Below, piece by piece: positions 29,138 to 40,406 of a stretch of DNA of 64,000 bases. Within the stretch, counting starts at the first letter, position 1, and each line of letters opens with the position of its first letter. Both the position numbers and the translations under genes were made by a program. This DNA is from Eledone cirrhosa (Eukaryota), in assembly GCA_964016885.1 (NCBI GenBank), contig OZ024742.1:296298001-296362000 (forward strand), in the 5' to 3' direction. Below the pieces are notes generated by a model, which saw only the letters and a program-made list of their open reading frames with translations, made no database searches and was not told where the DNA came from.

Positions 29138-29199
29138 TATTTTATTATATATATTTCAAGGGTACCAAAAACTTTGGTACGCTCTCATCAGATAAAATA
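29138..29199 (-). ncRNA. Type-I hammerhead ribozyme (intact arm)
   Basis: uauuuuau-CUGAUGA-gagcguaccaaa(guu)uuugguacccuu-GAAAU-auau-AUA^-auaaaaua; 8-bp stem I and long stem II. Confidence 0.8.
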
Positions 29200-29399
29200 C
29201 AAAATTTGTTTTATAAATAGTGACATACCCGATAAACCAGACCTTAACAGTTCAGGTTCCATTTGGATACTATTCAATACTATCCAAATGGAACCTGAAC
29301 CATTAAGGTCTGGTTTATCGGGTATGTCACTATTTATAAAACAAATTTTGTATTTTATCTGATGAGAACGTACCAAAGTTTTTTGGTTCCCTTGAAATA

Positions 29400-31300
29400 T
29401 CTACTTATATATATAACCAGCAATTTCTCTGTCTGTCTGTCCGACAGTGGAAACACGTGCATAGAGAGAGAGTGAGAGTGAAAGAAAGAGACAGACTACG
29501 AGAGGGGGATAGCGGGAGGGAGAGAGGGAGAGAGAGAGAGAGTGAATAGACGCTAAAACACGTGCTATAGAAACATTACCTTCCCCTCTCCACTGACTTT
29601 GGTCACTGAGGCCGAGGGAATCGCTGGTTGCTATAGAGACACCTTGCACAAGCCAGAAGTAACCAGTTTGAGGCGGTTCTGACTTGACACCATGCGAAGA
29701 AGGTTGCCATTGAATTTGTGGTTTGAAGAAGGTTGCCATTGAATTTGTGGTTGTTGCTGCTGATAATAAGGACCATTTGAAGAAGGTTGCCATTGAATTT
29801 GTGGTTGTTTCTGCTGATAATAAGGACCATTTGAAGAAGGTTGCTGCTGATGAGGTAATTTATTAATCAGATTGCGCAGTTCCATAACCTACGTTTGATT
29901 TGTTCAATTTTTTTCTTCAATTTTTTTTGGTGTTTTTTTTTATTTCTTATTGAAAAAATATAAATAATAAAATAAGGTTAGAAATTTAAATACAATTAAA
30001 TACGATTTAATTTCCATTTCCAGCAACCAATGTCCAGTGTTCAATTTCATGAAAAAATTGGAAATAATTCAAAAAATTGAAGTTTAACTTTTGAACATTT
30101 GTTTTGACAATAAAAACATATTTCCTTATTCACACCTAATGGTATGATTAAAATTTCATAGGAATATTTTTTTCTAACCTCCAGTTATTTATTTTCTCCT
30201 TTTTCGTTTTAACATATATTTATTTCAAAGATTTCACCGTATAGATAACATATATATTTATACATACATAAAAGACACACCGAGAGACAGTGAACATGTG
30301 GTGCCGAAAACATTTCTCATCCAAATCTCAACAATATCAGTATATACACTAGATTTGCTAGCAGAAAACTGCCCACCGGGTGGTTTTCTGCAAGTCTATA
30401 TATATAAAACTGAGGATATCTGTGTGTGTGTGAGTTTGAATCCCTAAAACTCGAGAACCACCCAACTGACTGTTTTTAAAATTTACACATATAATACTTA
30501 TGTTTTAGGGAGTGTTCTGAGCAAAAACAATTTCAAATTTTCAATGCCCTAGGGACCGCATTAGGCGATTTAGCGATCTCTCTCTATAATTCTTAGTCTT
30601 TCTCTTTTTAGATAGATACATACATATAACGTCGCGCCCTTATAATATCTGTCTGTATGTCTGGCTGTCTGCATTACGTCACTTCCCTGAGGATGTCTGT
30701 CTGTGTGTGTGTGTGTGTGTCTGTGAGTTTGAATCCCTAAAACTCGAGAAGTACCCAACCGACTTTTTTAAAAGTTTACATGTGTATTACTTATGTTTCA
30801 GGGAGTGTTATGAATAACCTTTTGATCCCCTAGGGCCCGCATTAGTTGAAAAACTGCGTTTTTTCAGGTTTTTAGGGTTTTTTTGTGTCGTTACGTCAGA
30901 CTTATTTCCACTATGTATTAGACAGTCTCTTCTTCATACCGTGAGCAAAGAAAATCCAACTTTTTTATGGTCTAGGGCCCGCATTAGGTGAAAAACTTCA
31001 TTTTTTTCAGCTTTTTAGGGCTTTTTTGAGGCGTTACGTCTAGCCGATTTTCCCGAAATTTCAAGGCATATTATGCACATAAAAAAATTCATTTTCTTGA
31101 TCTCCTAGGGCCCTCATTAAGTGAAAACCTGCATTTTTCCTGCTTCATCGAGGAAAATCTTGAAGATTATCCAGCCATCAGAGTATTCGGTTTATTTTCT
31201 TTACATATTGTCTACGCATGCAGTTTTTCCACGATTATGTCTGTTGGCAGCCCGCGTTCCAAAATACCTTATCCTGTGCAACGCCGGGTACCACTGCTAG
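29400..31300 (+). mobile_element. Composite non-autonomous Helitron (units 29400-30394 and 30395-31300)
   Basis: A|TCTACTTATATATA ... gcaacgccgggtaccactgCTAG|T with no target-site duplication. An internal hairpin + CAAG is followed by a second TCTATATATATAAAA start. Confidence 0.88.
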
Positions 31301-31437
31301 TATATAATAAAATAAATATGGTTTTATAAATATAGTTTCCATTTATTAATATCATTGATATTATACTCCAGGAAACCTGTAGAGTGCTTCGAATCTGTTA
31401 TAATAAATAAATTTGTTGAATTACCAGCAAATCTCTT

Positions 31438-31478
<41 letters not shown>

Positions 31479-31687
31479 GTATAGGCTGAATTCCTCTCTT
31501 GATGACAACCCATGATTTATTTATAAGTATAATGTATACTACATATCTTTGCAAATCACTATGCTTTCAAGACACATGGAAATTCCACATTCTATAAATG
31601 TTCTTAATTTTCATTATTTGAAAGATGTTGAATATGTTTGATTTTATTCCATCGTAAGTTTGTATGAAGCCTACGTTTGAACTGGTT

Positions 31688-31900
31688 TCATTGGCAGTAT
31701 TGGTAGAGCGTTGGACACCCTGCTCTGTGGCATAGAGTTACAGACCTTTGTGTTCTGAGTTCAAATTCTGCTAAGGTTAGCTTTGCCTTTCTTCCTTATG
31801 AGGTCGATAAAATAAAAGCACCAGAAATGCACTGGGGTCAATTTGATAGACTTTCGCCTCCCCCAAATATTTTTGGCCTTGTGCCTAAATCAGAAACCAA
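31688..31900 (+). mobile_element. tRNA-SINE, same family as 4897
   Basis: tggcagtattggtagagc..gagttcaaat..ctttgccttt..gaggtcgataaaataaaagcaccag. Confidence 0.7.
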
Positions 31901-33537
31901 TATATCAAATATTACAATTTTTTCTTCCAATTTTGCTCCATAGTTAAGGTTGTTTAACCCTATTGATATCAATCTGCCTGATATAGCCTTTGAGTCTGAT
32001 TAAACAATTATCAGTTTTAAAGTGTTCATATTAAAATTATAACATCTATCACAATTTCAATTACAAACCTTTGTTCAGTATGTACCAAACATCAGTTAAA
32101 TAAAAAGAAATTAACTATTTTACTATATCCTTCTAAATTCTTTTTTTTTTTTTTAAATTAATTAATATATATATATAGGGTTTATTTCCTTATAATATGT
32201 CCATAAAAGGGTTCCAGCCTTAATATATGAATTGGTTTCATTATGTTAATAATTTCGATTTTATCTTCGATAGATAAATGTATTTTAACTGTAACACAAG
32301 ATCTTTGTTATGTTAAACCTGTTAATTAATATGCCTTCATCCATTTCATAGTTAAAGTTGTTTAAATTGCTTCAGTAAGACTTTCTTTGTTATGTTAAAC
32401 ATGTTGACTATGGTTTTAATTTCTTTCCATAGTTAAAGCTGTTTAAAGTGTGACACTTGAATACATGTTGTGACAAGTAGAATAATATTATATGTAATAT
32501 TGAAATGTGTTTCTTAACCTGAGAAATCGTCTTTCACACTGGTTAAGTCCTGTGGGAATAATAGTTGTCAGAAATGTAACAACAAAAGTGAGACAGGAAA
32601 GAATCAATACCTATTTATTCAAGATAAAGATAATAAGTGAATGAAGGAAGCTTCTATATGGTCACTATCTCTCTCTACTAGCAATATCAGCAAAATCACC
32701 CTCAGATCACACACTTTAGTCTTATAAGAAGGAAACATAGAGCAAAATGCCTTGTAGTAATTGTACTTATTCTCTGCTCTTCAAGTTCAAATCCTACCAA
32801 GATCAAATTTGCTGTTCATCTTTTTAGGGTTAATAAACTAAAGTATCAAGGTGGCACTTTATCTTATTAACCCTAAAAAGATGAACCATCATTTCTCCTC
32901 CCCAAGATCATTTCTCATTGCTTTCTGTCATGCTCCTCTACCACACATGACTCACTGTCTCACAAACAAACATGTTAGTATCAGTACTTCTTTCAATACT
33001 ACCTTGTTCATCACATACTCGCTCTCTTTTCCCTATTTAACCTTTTATAGACTTTCTCTTCCAGCATGCTCTAAGACACCTTTGCCTGTATACCCTGTTA
33101 CCTCTATTATACTCTGTCTTCTTTTTACCTACTAACCACATAACTTAAATGAGCAGAGGCATCACTGCGAGATCAGTACCCCTTCAGTCACACAAAAGAC
33201 TCAAGGCAAACTCACCAGTAGTAGCGCCATGACAAAATGCACCTAGTGGATTCTATAAGGTGGTAGCAATGTGGCCATGATAAAATACACCCGGTACATT
33301 CTGTAAAGTGGTAGTGCTTATATCATGATAAAAAGCACCCCATACACACAGTAAAGTGTTTGGTGTTAGGAAAGACATCAAACCATTGGAACCATGTCAA
33401 AAGTAAAACATATTAGCAAGATGTAGCTCCGGAATCCATCCCATCTCAGATTGTGACAAACCATCTAACCCATGCTAATATGGAAAAGTAAATATAGAAT
33501 GATGGTGATCATGATGAAATGTATCAGTAGGAATTAA

Positions 33538-33764
33538 CTCTTTAGCATTTAAACTGGTTATATCCATCCAGAATTCTCTCACCTCTTTCTGTTTAAACCG
33601 TCTGTAGCCAACTGCTGATACCAACGTTAAGGTATTGTTCTCAAAACAAATAATAATATCACCAAAATCTCTTAGATTCAATATTTTGTGAGATAATTAT
33701 GTGAGATACAGCCTTTACTGTGGAAATACAATAGTAAATATAGAGTAATGTAAATACTAAAGTG
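33538..33764. mobile_element. piggyBac-type MITE, same family as 5828
   Basis: TTAA-flanked; internal sequence matches 5828-6048. Confidence 0.8.
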
Positions 33765-34166
33765 TTAAGCAGTATTTATGCAGTAACATGCATTGGCTTA
33801 CTGATGTTTTCATGCTTTAGAATCTAGATAACTATATTCTTGAATTCTTTTACTCTTCTACTAGTTTCAGTCAATATGGCAACAACTTCAAGGGTTTTAC
33901 TTGATCATAGTAAAACCCCAGTACTGGCAAATTGGTAGAATTCATCAAATAGCTGAATGCTTATCAAAACCATTGGAGGATCCAGTCTATCATATTTATG
34001 AGAAGGGAATGTTTAAAAACAAAAATTATTCTACTCTAAAGAATGATGGTATCAGGTAATATCACTAGAATAACGATGATATCAGGTAATAGTATCAGAA
34101 ACTATAAACATAGGATTTGTAATGAATGATTGATTTCTGTTACACATATTGATTATTGAGTTGGAT

Positions 34167-34385
34167 ATCATCATCATCACCACTATCATCATCATCACCA
34201 TCATCACCATCATCATCATCATCACCATCATCAGCATAATCTCCATCACCATCACCATCATCACAATCACCATCACTATCATCAGCATCAGCATCACAAT
34301 CACTATCATCATCAGCATCAGCATCATCACCATCACCATCACCATCATCAGCATCATCACCACCACTATTATCATCATCACCATT
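34167..34385. repeat. (CAT/CAC)n microsatellite
   Basis: Direct reading. Confidence 0.9.
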
Positions 34386-34811
34386 CTTTTACATCTGTTT
34401 ATTCAGGCTTGCATGGCTTAGGTGGGCCATTTCCAGAACAGCCACCTTCCACTTGTTGTGATCCTTCATCATTTCCTCTGTTAAATCCAGTGTTTTGTGA
34501 TCTGCTCTCACCATTTCTGCCCAAGTATTCCTCTACTGTAGCTTCCTTCCTATCGTAACTTACGGTCCTTTTTCACTCAACACACATTATCCATACAGCT
34601 CCTATATTGGGCATTTATAATATAAAGTAGATATGTATATTAAATATTAGGCTTGGCTATATGGTTAAGAGGTTTGATTGTCAACCATGTAGTTTCAGGT
34701 TAGATACTACAGCATGCAACCTTGCCTTGTGAGTGAATTTTGGTAGAGAAAATCTGCACAGAAGCCTGTCATATATATATATATACATATATGCACACAC
34801 ATATATATATA

Positions 34812-35385
34812 TTGTATGTATATTATATTTGATAAGATACTGTATGTTTAATTAAAATCATTTTAAAGACCATTCCCTATGAATTTTAAAGTAGTGACTA
34901 TGTCACTTACTTATTCTCAGCAAAAACAAAGAGGAGTAATTAACTGTTCTGTTTCTCACTCATTAGCAGTTATCAAGACTACTCACCCCCTTCGCTTCTG
35001 CCGAGAGTTATAGAGCATGGATTCTAATAGAGTTCCAGTAATGTTTAAAAGCTGATTAAACAGAGCGGTTGCCGATCCAGCAAAAATTAGATATTAGTAT
35101 TGGTGGTCTGAAACAGCAATGTATATATGAATGTATGTATAGTATATTTGATAAGATACTGAATGTTTAATTAATATACTGTAGGTTTGTAACTAACATT
35201 ACTTTGAAAGTCATATGTGATGTTTTCTTTATTATTATTGTTTTTGCTGAGAATAAGTAAGTGACATATCAATACTTTAAATTTCATAGTGAATGATCTT
35301 TAAAATGTTTTTAATTAAACATACAGTATATTATCAAATATGCTATACATACATTCAAATATACATCACTATTTCAGAGTACCAA

Positions 35386-35390
<5 letters not shown>
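34812..35390. repeat. Non-coding repeat: unit of about 320 bp + partial tandem copy + inverted copy
   Basis: gtata.tatatttgataagatactg occurs at about 34818 and 35137; 35235-35385 is the reverse complement of the unit junction; a related copy lies at 49687-49960. Confidence 0.7.
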
Positions 35391-35418
<28 letters not shown>

Positions 35419-35421
<3 letters not shown>

Positions 35422-38318
35422 GTTGGAAATAGAAATGAGGAGGGCTTCAGAATCTTGGAATTCTGTGACGCAAATAGCCTAAATCTCTGTAACACAAACT
35501 TCAAAAAACGTGAAAACCACTTGATCACCTATAGATCAGGGGAACACACCAGCCAGATAGATTATATCCTTACTAGAAGACGGGACAAAATGTCTGTTGT
35601 AAAGACTAAATCCCTCCCCCGTGAATAATGCACCTCCCAACATAGCCTAGTAGTTAGTGACCTCATAGTCAGGAATAGACATACTCGACGACAGAGGAGG
35701 CCTACCTTGAGGAGTAGAATATGGAAGTTAAAGGACTCCATAGCCAGTGACAAATTTAAAAGCTTATTACTTGATGCCTTTGAAAATAAGGAAGAGCAAT
35801 TAAAGATGTGCGATGTAGAGGAACAGTGGCAATTCTTGAAAGTGAACCTGCTGAAAGCAAGAGATGAAAACTGTGGCTGGAGCAGACCTATTGGCAGGAG
35901 GAGAGTAACTTGGTGGTGGAACAGTAAGGAAGAGACAATCAAGGCCAAAAAGCAGGCTTGGAAAGAATGGCAGGATGGGGGAAGTAGAGAGCACTATCAA
36001 GTGGCCAGGAGAGAAGCTAGGAGACAAGTGTGCCTTGCAAAAAGGGTAGCAGCGGATAGAAAGTTCAAGCATGTTCTGCAACGTGAGAACCAAAACCGTG
36101 AGGTGTTCAGGATTGCTAGACAATGTGTCAAGGAAAACCGTGATATTGTCGGGGAGAAGTGTGTCCGTAATGATAACGGTGTACTTGCCCTCACTGATAC
36201 TGATAAGAAGTGTCACTATGAGAGACTATTAAATGAGGAGAATAAATGGGAGAAAGATAGTCTGCCCCAAATCGATCCAATAGAAGGACCAGTGGTGCAA
36301 GTTAAAGGTAGTATAATTAGTAAGGCAATCAAAGATATGAAGACAGGCAAGGCAGATGGGCCTTCGGAGATAGTTGCTGAGATGTTGAAGGCATCTGGTA
36401 TGGCGGGACACACTATGGTCACCCGTATAGTTAACCAAGTAATACAGAATGGGGTCATACCGAAAGACTGGCGTAGCAGCATCATCATTAACTGCTACAA
36501 GGGTAAAGGGGATGCTCAAGATAGGGGAAACTATAGGGGTATTAAGTTAGTTGACCAGGTCATGAAGGTCACAGAAAGAGTTATAGCACAACTAATCAGA
36601 GAGCGAATTGATCTAGATGAAATGCAGTTTGGGTTTGTGTCAGGTAAAAGTACCGCAGATGCTCTTTTCCTTGTACGACAACTACAAGAGAAGTACCTAG
36701 CTAAAAGTAAACCCCTCTACTTAGCTTTTGTAGACCTGGAGAAAGCTTTTGACAGAGTTCCCCCCCTCCATTATCTGGTGGGCTCTTAGAAAACTAGGTG
36801 TAAATGAATGGCTTGTGAGAGCTATACAAGCTATGTATAATGAAACAGTCAGTAAGGTTAGAATTAACAATGAATATTGTGAAGAATTTAGTGTAAAAGT
36901 TGGCGTTCATCAAGGCTCTGTCCTTATCCCCCTCTTATTTATTATTGCCCTTCATGCTATAACAGAGGAGTTCAAGACCGGCTGCCCATGAGAACTCCTA
37001 TACGCAGATGATCTAACACTCATAGCTGAATCAATGGCTGAACTAGAGAAGAAATTCGAAACATGGAAGCATGGCCTAGAATCAAAAGGCCTTAAAGTTA
37101 ACTTGTCTAAGACTAAAGTTCTAGTTCGTAGAAAGGAAAATAGGGCACAGGTGCCCTCAGGGAAATGGCCATGCTCAGTGTGTAGGAAAGGAGTAGGTAG
37201 AAATTCCATTTTATGTCCCAAATGCAAAGTATGGGTACATAAAAGATGTAGTAGGATCACCGGTAAACTATCTAAGAACGTGGACTTTATATGTGGCCAA
37301 TGCTCAGGTGCAATAAGTAGCAAGTGTCCAAAGGATACTAGCTCCTTCCATTGCCCAGATGGTTCTATAGAAATAATAGACACTTTCCGTTACCTGGTGA
37401 TGAAATCAGCAGTGGTGGAGGGTGTTCTGAAAGTACAGTAGCCAGAGTCAGAACGGGATGGAAAAAGTTCAGAGAGATTCCGCTGTTGGCCACAAAAGGT
37501 TTCTCTCTAAAAATGAAAGGCAGATTGTATGATGCCTGCATACGAACAGCAATGCTACATGTCAGTGAGACATGGGCATTGTGTGCAGAGGACCTGCGTA
37601 GACTGGGAAGGAACGAAGCATGCATGCTCCGTTGGATGTGTAATAGTAATATACGTGAATGGCAAAACATAAATGAACTGAGAAATTAGGAATAAGAAGG
37701 ATCAGATGCTGTTTACTTGAGAGAAGACTAGGTTGGCATGGTCACGTGATGTGCATAAAAGACGACAGCTGCATAAAAAAGTGCAGGGCGATCAAAATTG
37801 ATGGTAGTTACGGAGTAGGTAGACCCAGAAAAACCTGGGATGATCTGATAAATTCCGACCTCACACACTTACACCTCTCTAAGACAATGTCTCTGGACCG
37901 AGACCTTTGGTGCTATGCAGTAATACAGAAAACCCGCCTTGCCTATGTACAAAACGAAACCTACAGTCAGTAGGCACCTCTTAACCAAATATACACCCCA
38001 ATCTACTACCCCTACCCTATCCTCCCACTCCCACCAACAGCACGAGAAAATGAGATTGAGTTCGTGTAGGTGTCACGACAAAAGCACACAGTCCATGCTG
38101 TAATGTGGCCGTGTAGGTAACACAGTAAAAAGTTCCCAGTTCCACACTGTAAATGTGGTTGGTGTTAGGAAGGGCATCCAGCCGTAGAAAACCTACCAGA
38201 TAGTCCTATATGAGCGAGACACGGTCACTCGACCAGCCTTGCCTCAAGTGGGACAACTCCCGTCTAACCCATGCTAGCGTGGAAAATGGGCGTTAAACGA
38301 AGATGATGATGATGATGA
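35419..38318 (+). mobile_element. RTE-clade LINE, truncated within the APE domain, with stops and frameshifts
   Basis: NEEGFRILEFC, SQIDYIL, SQHSLV (APE end), RT motifs including YADD, PHD finger, 3' UTR and (GAT)n tail; flanked by (TA)n. Confidence 0.95.
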
Positions 38319-40359
38319 TATATTTATATATATATATATGAATTACTGTGTTTGTGTGTGTGTGTGTGTGGGGGGGGGGGTCTATGTCTCCTTGTGTGTT
38401 TTCTTAACATATAACACTCATCACTTGTACAAGTGGTGACATTTGTTTATATCCCATAGTTCACCAGTTTGATATCATACTTGAAAAAATACTAGTAAGG
38501 GCATCTGGCTGTAAAATACTACCTAAATATAGTATAATCCAATCTATAACAACATAGGAAATGCAGCCTTAAAAGCAACAATGATAATATGACTTTCAAA
38601 GTAATGTTTGTTAGATACATAATCAGTAAAAACAGTAGGAAAAATGACAGAGATAGTGTCAAAGAGTTTGTCATTGTCTCTTAATTGTTGTTTTCTATTT
38701 TAGCTGCAGGCCACACATTTTCAGAAAAGGGGAAATAAACTGTTGACTTAACCCAAGTACTGTCTGGTTAGTTGAAGTCTGCCTCATGCTTAGAGACACA
38801 ACCAGACAGAACTTGTTCTAGTTTCATGGTGTATTAAATAATTGAGAGTATAAGACTTCCCAACCCAAGGATATGACACCAGTCTGTTGCAGAGTTAACC
38901 TCCAATTATTACTGGAACCCTTTTTTTCAGATGAGTGAATTAGAGAAATAAGGAGTGATGTGTATCCCCAAAGAACACAATGTGCTGCTCAAATTAGGTA
39001 TCAAATCTATAACCTTATGATTGTGAACCCTGCTTCCTAGCCACTATGCCTACTACTTATATAAAATGTTATTGTTTCCAAGAAAAATGAAAGACAAAGT
39101 CAAAACCCCAAACATTTGGACTCAGAATGTAAGGGTTGTATGTAAATATCCCAATATATTTAATCAGTCACTTGACTACATTTGATTAATAATTAATTAA
39201 TTAGTAAGAAAGTGAGTTTAAAACCAATATTGGATTCATCATCATCATTATGAGTTTAATGATGATTTTTAACTATAGACAAAAGAATGTGATGACTTTG
39301 CAGAATCATTACTATGTTGGATGGAATGCTTTGTAATATTCATCCCAGCTCTCTGCACTGTGAGTTTAAATCCAACCAAAGTCAGCTTTGCTTTTCATCA
39401 CTTTGAGGTCAATAAATAAAGTACTTGCCCAGAAGTAGAGTCAATTGTCCCCATTCTCTCTCTCTCTCTGTCGCTCTCTCTCCCTCTCTAAGACATCAGC
39501 TGTGTTCAGAGCATGGAGAAGGATGAGCTTCACTAGATTTAGATGCCCATGATACATCATATATTATGATGGCACTCCTATGACTGTACTATTAAGGGTA
39601 CATGGCATATAGTCAAACCTAGTGAGATTTGAACTCACAATGTTAGGGTTGTTAAGTAAATATTGCACAATATTTAATTATTTAATCTGCTGCTTTGCTA
39701 CTCTTGTTCATCCACCCACTCAGTTAATTAATGATTAGTTAAAGATTAAATGAGAAATTAAGAAAAAATCACCATTGAACTTTAGATATATATAGAAAGG
39801 CTAAAACTAGTATTAAGAACAAAAGAGAATAACTAAAACTTAAGCATATCAATTAATAGCAAGCTGGTTGTACATTAGATTGTATTCCTGGGTTGCAATC
39901 ATATAACTAGACTCAAGCATAAATAGATACTACATATTAGATATATATCTATTGAAAAGACTGGCAGAATATAGCAAACAGCACATGCATATACTATATC
40001 TAGTATAATAGATTTTTATAAAGCTAGAATATCATAGCAAGACAGGAAGTGTTGATAAAGAAACATTGAAGAATATGTAGAATATGTCAGTTGAATATCC
40101 TTATCACCATGGCTTTTACATCCATATTTTCTATGTTGGTATGTATTAGACAGGAGTTCTCAAGGCAGTTTTCTATGGTAGGATGCCATTCCTTATGTTA
40201 ACCATCACTTCTTTTCTGTAAAGTACTTACTTTTATTAAAGTAGAGTTCACATGTTGAATCACTAAGCTGTAGGATATATTGTTTGTGCAGGAAATAAAC
40301 AATAATTGCTGGCTGTCAAATCTGAACACACACAAACACACACACAAACACACACACAT

Positions 40360-40406
<47 letters not shown>

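Larger units (their letters stand above)
29095..31440. mobile_element. Non-coding hammerhead-bearing element (inverted + direct copy), interrupted by a Helitron at 29400-31300
   Basis: 29095-29270 is the reverse complement of 29280-29399 joined to 31301-31361; bounded by (TA)n at both ends. Confidence 0.8.

Noticed and set aside
29174-29376. Two near-identical ORFs on opposite strands (also 49179-49484)
   Set aside because: Consequence of the palindromes; no coding signal
30545-31140. CRISPR-like spaced repeats (ctagggcccgcattagg)
   Set aside because: Eukaryotic context, spacers are related to each other and irregular in length, and there are no cas genes; these are Helitron-internal repeats
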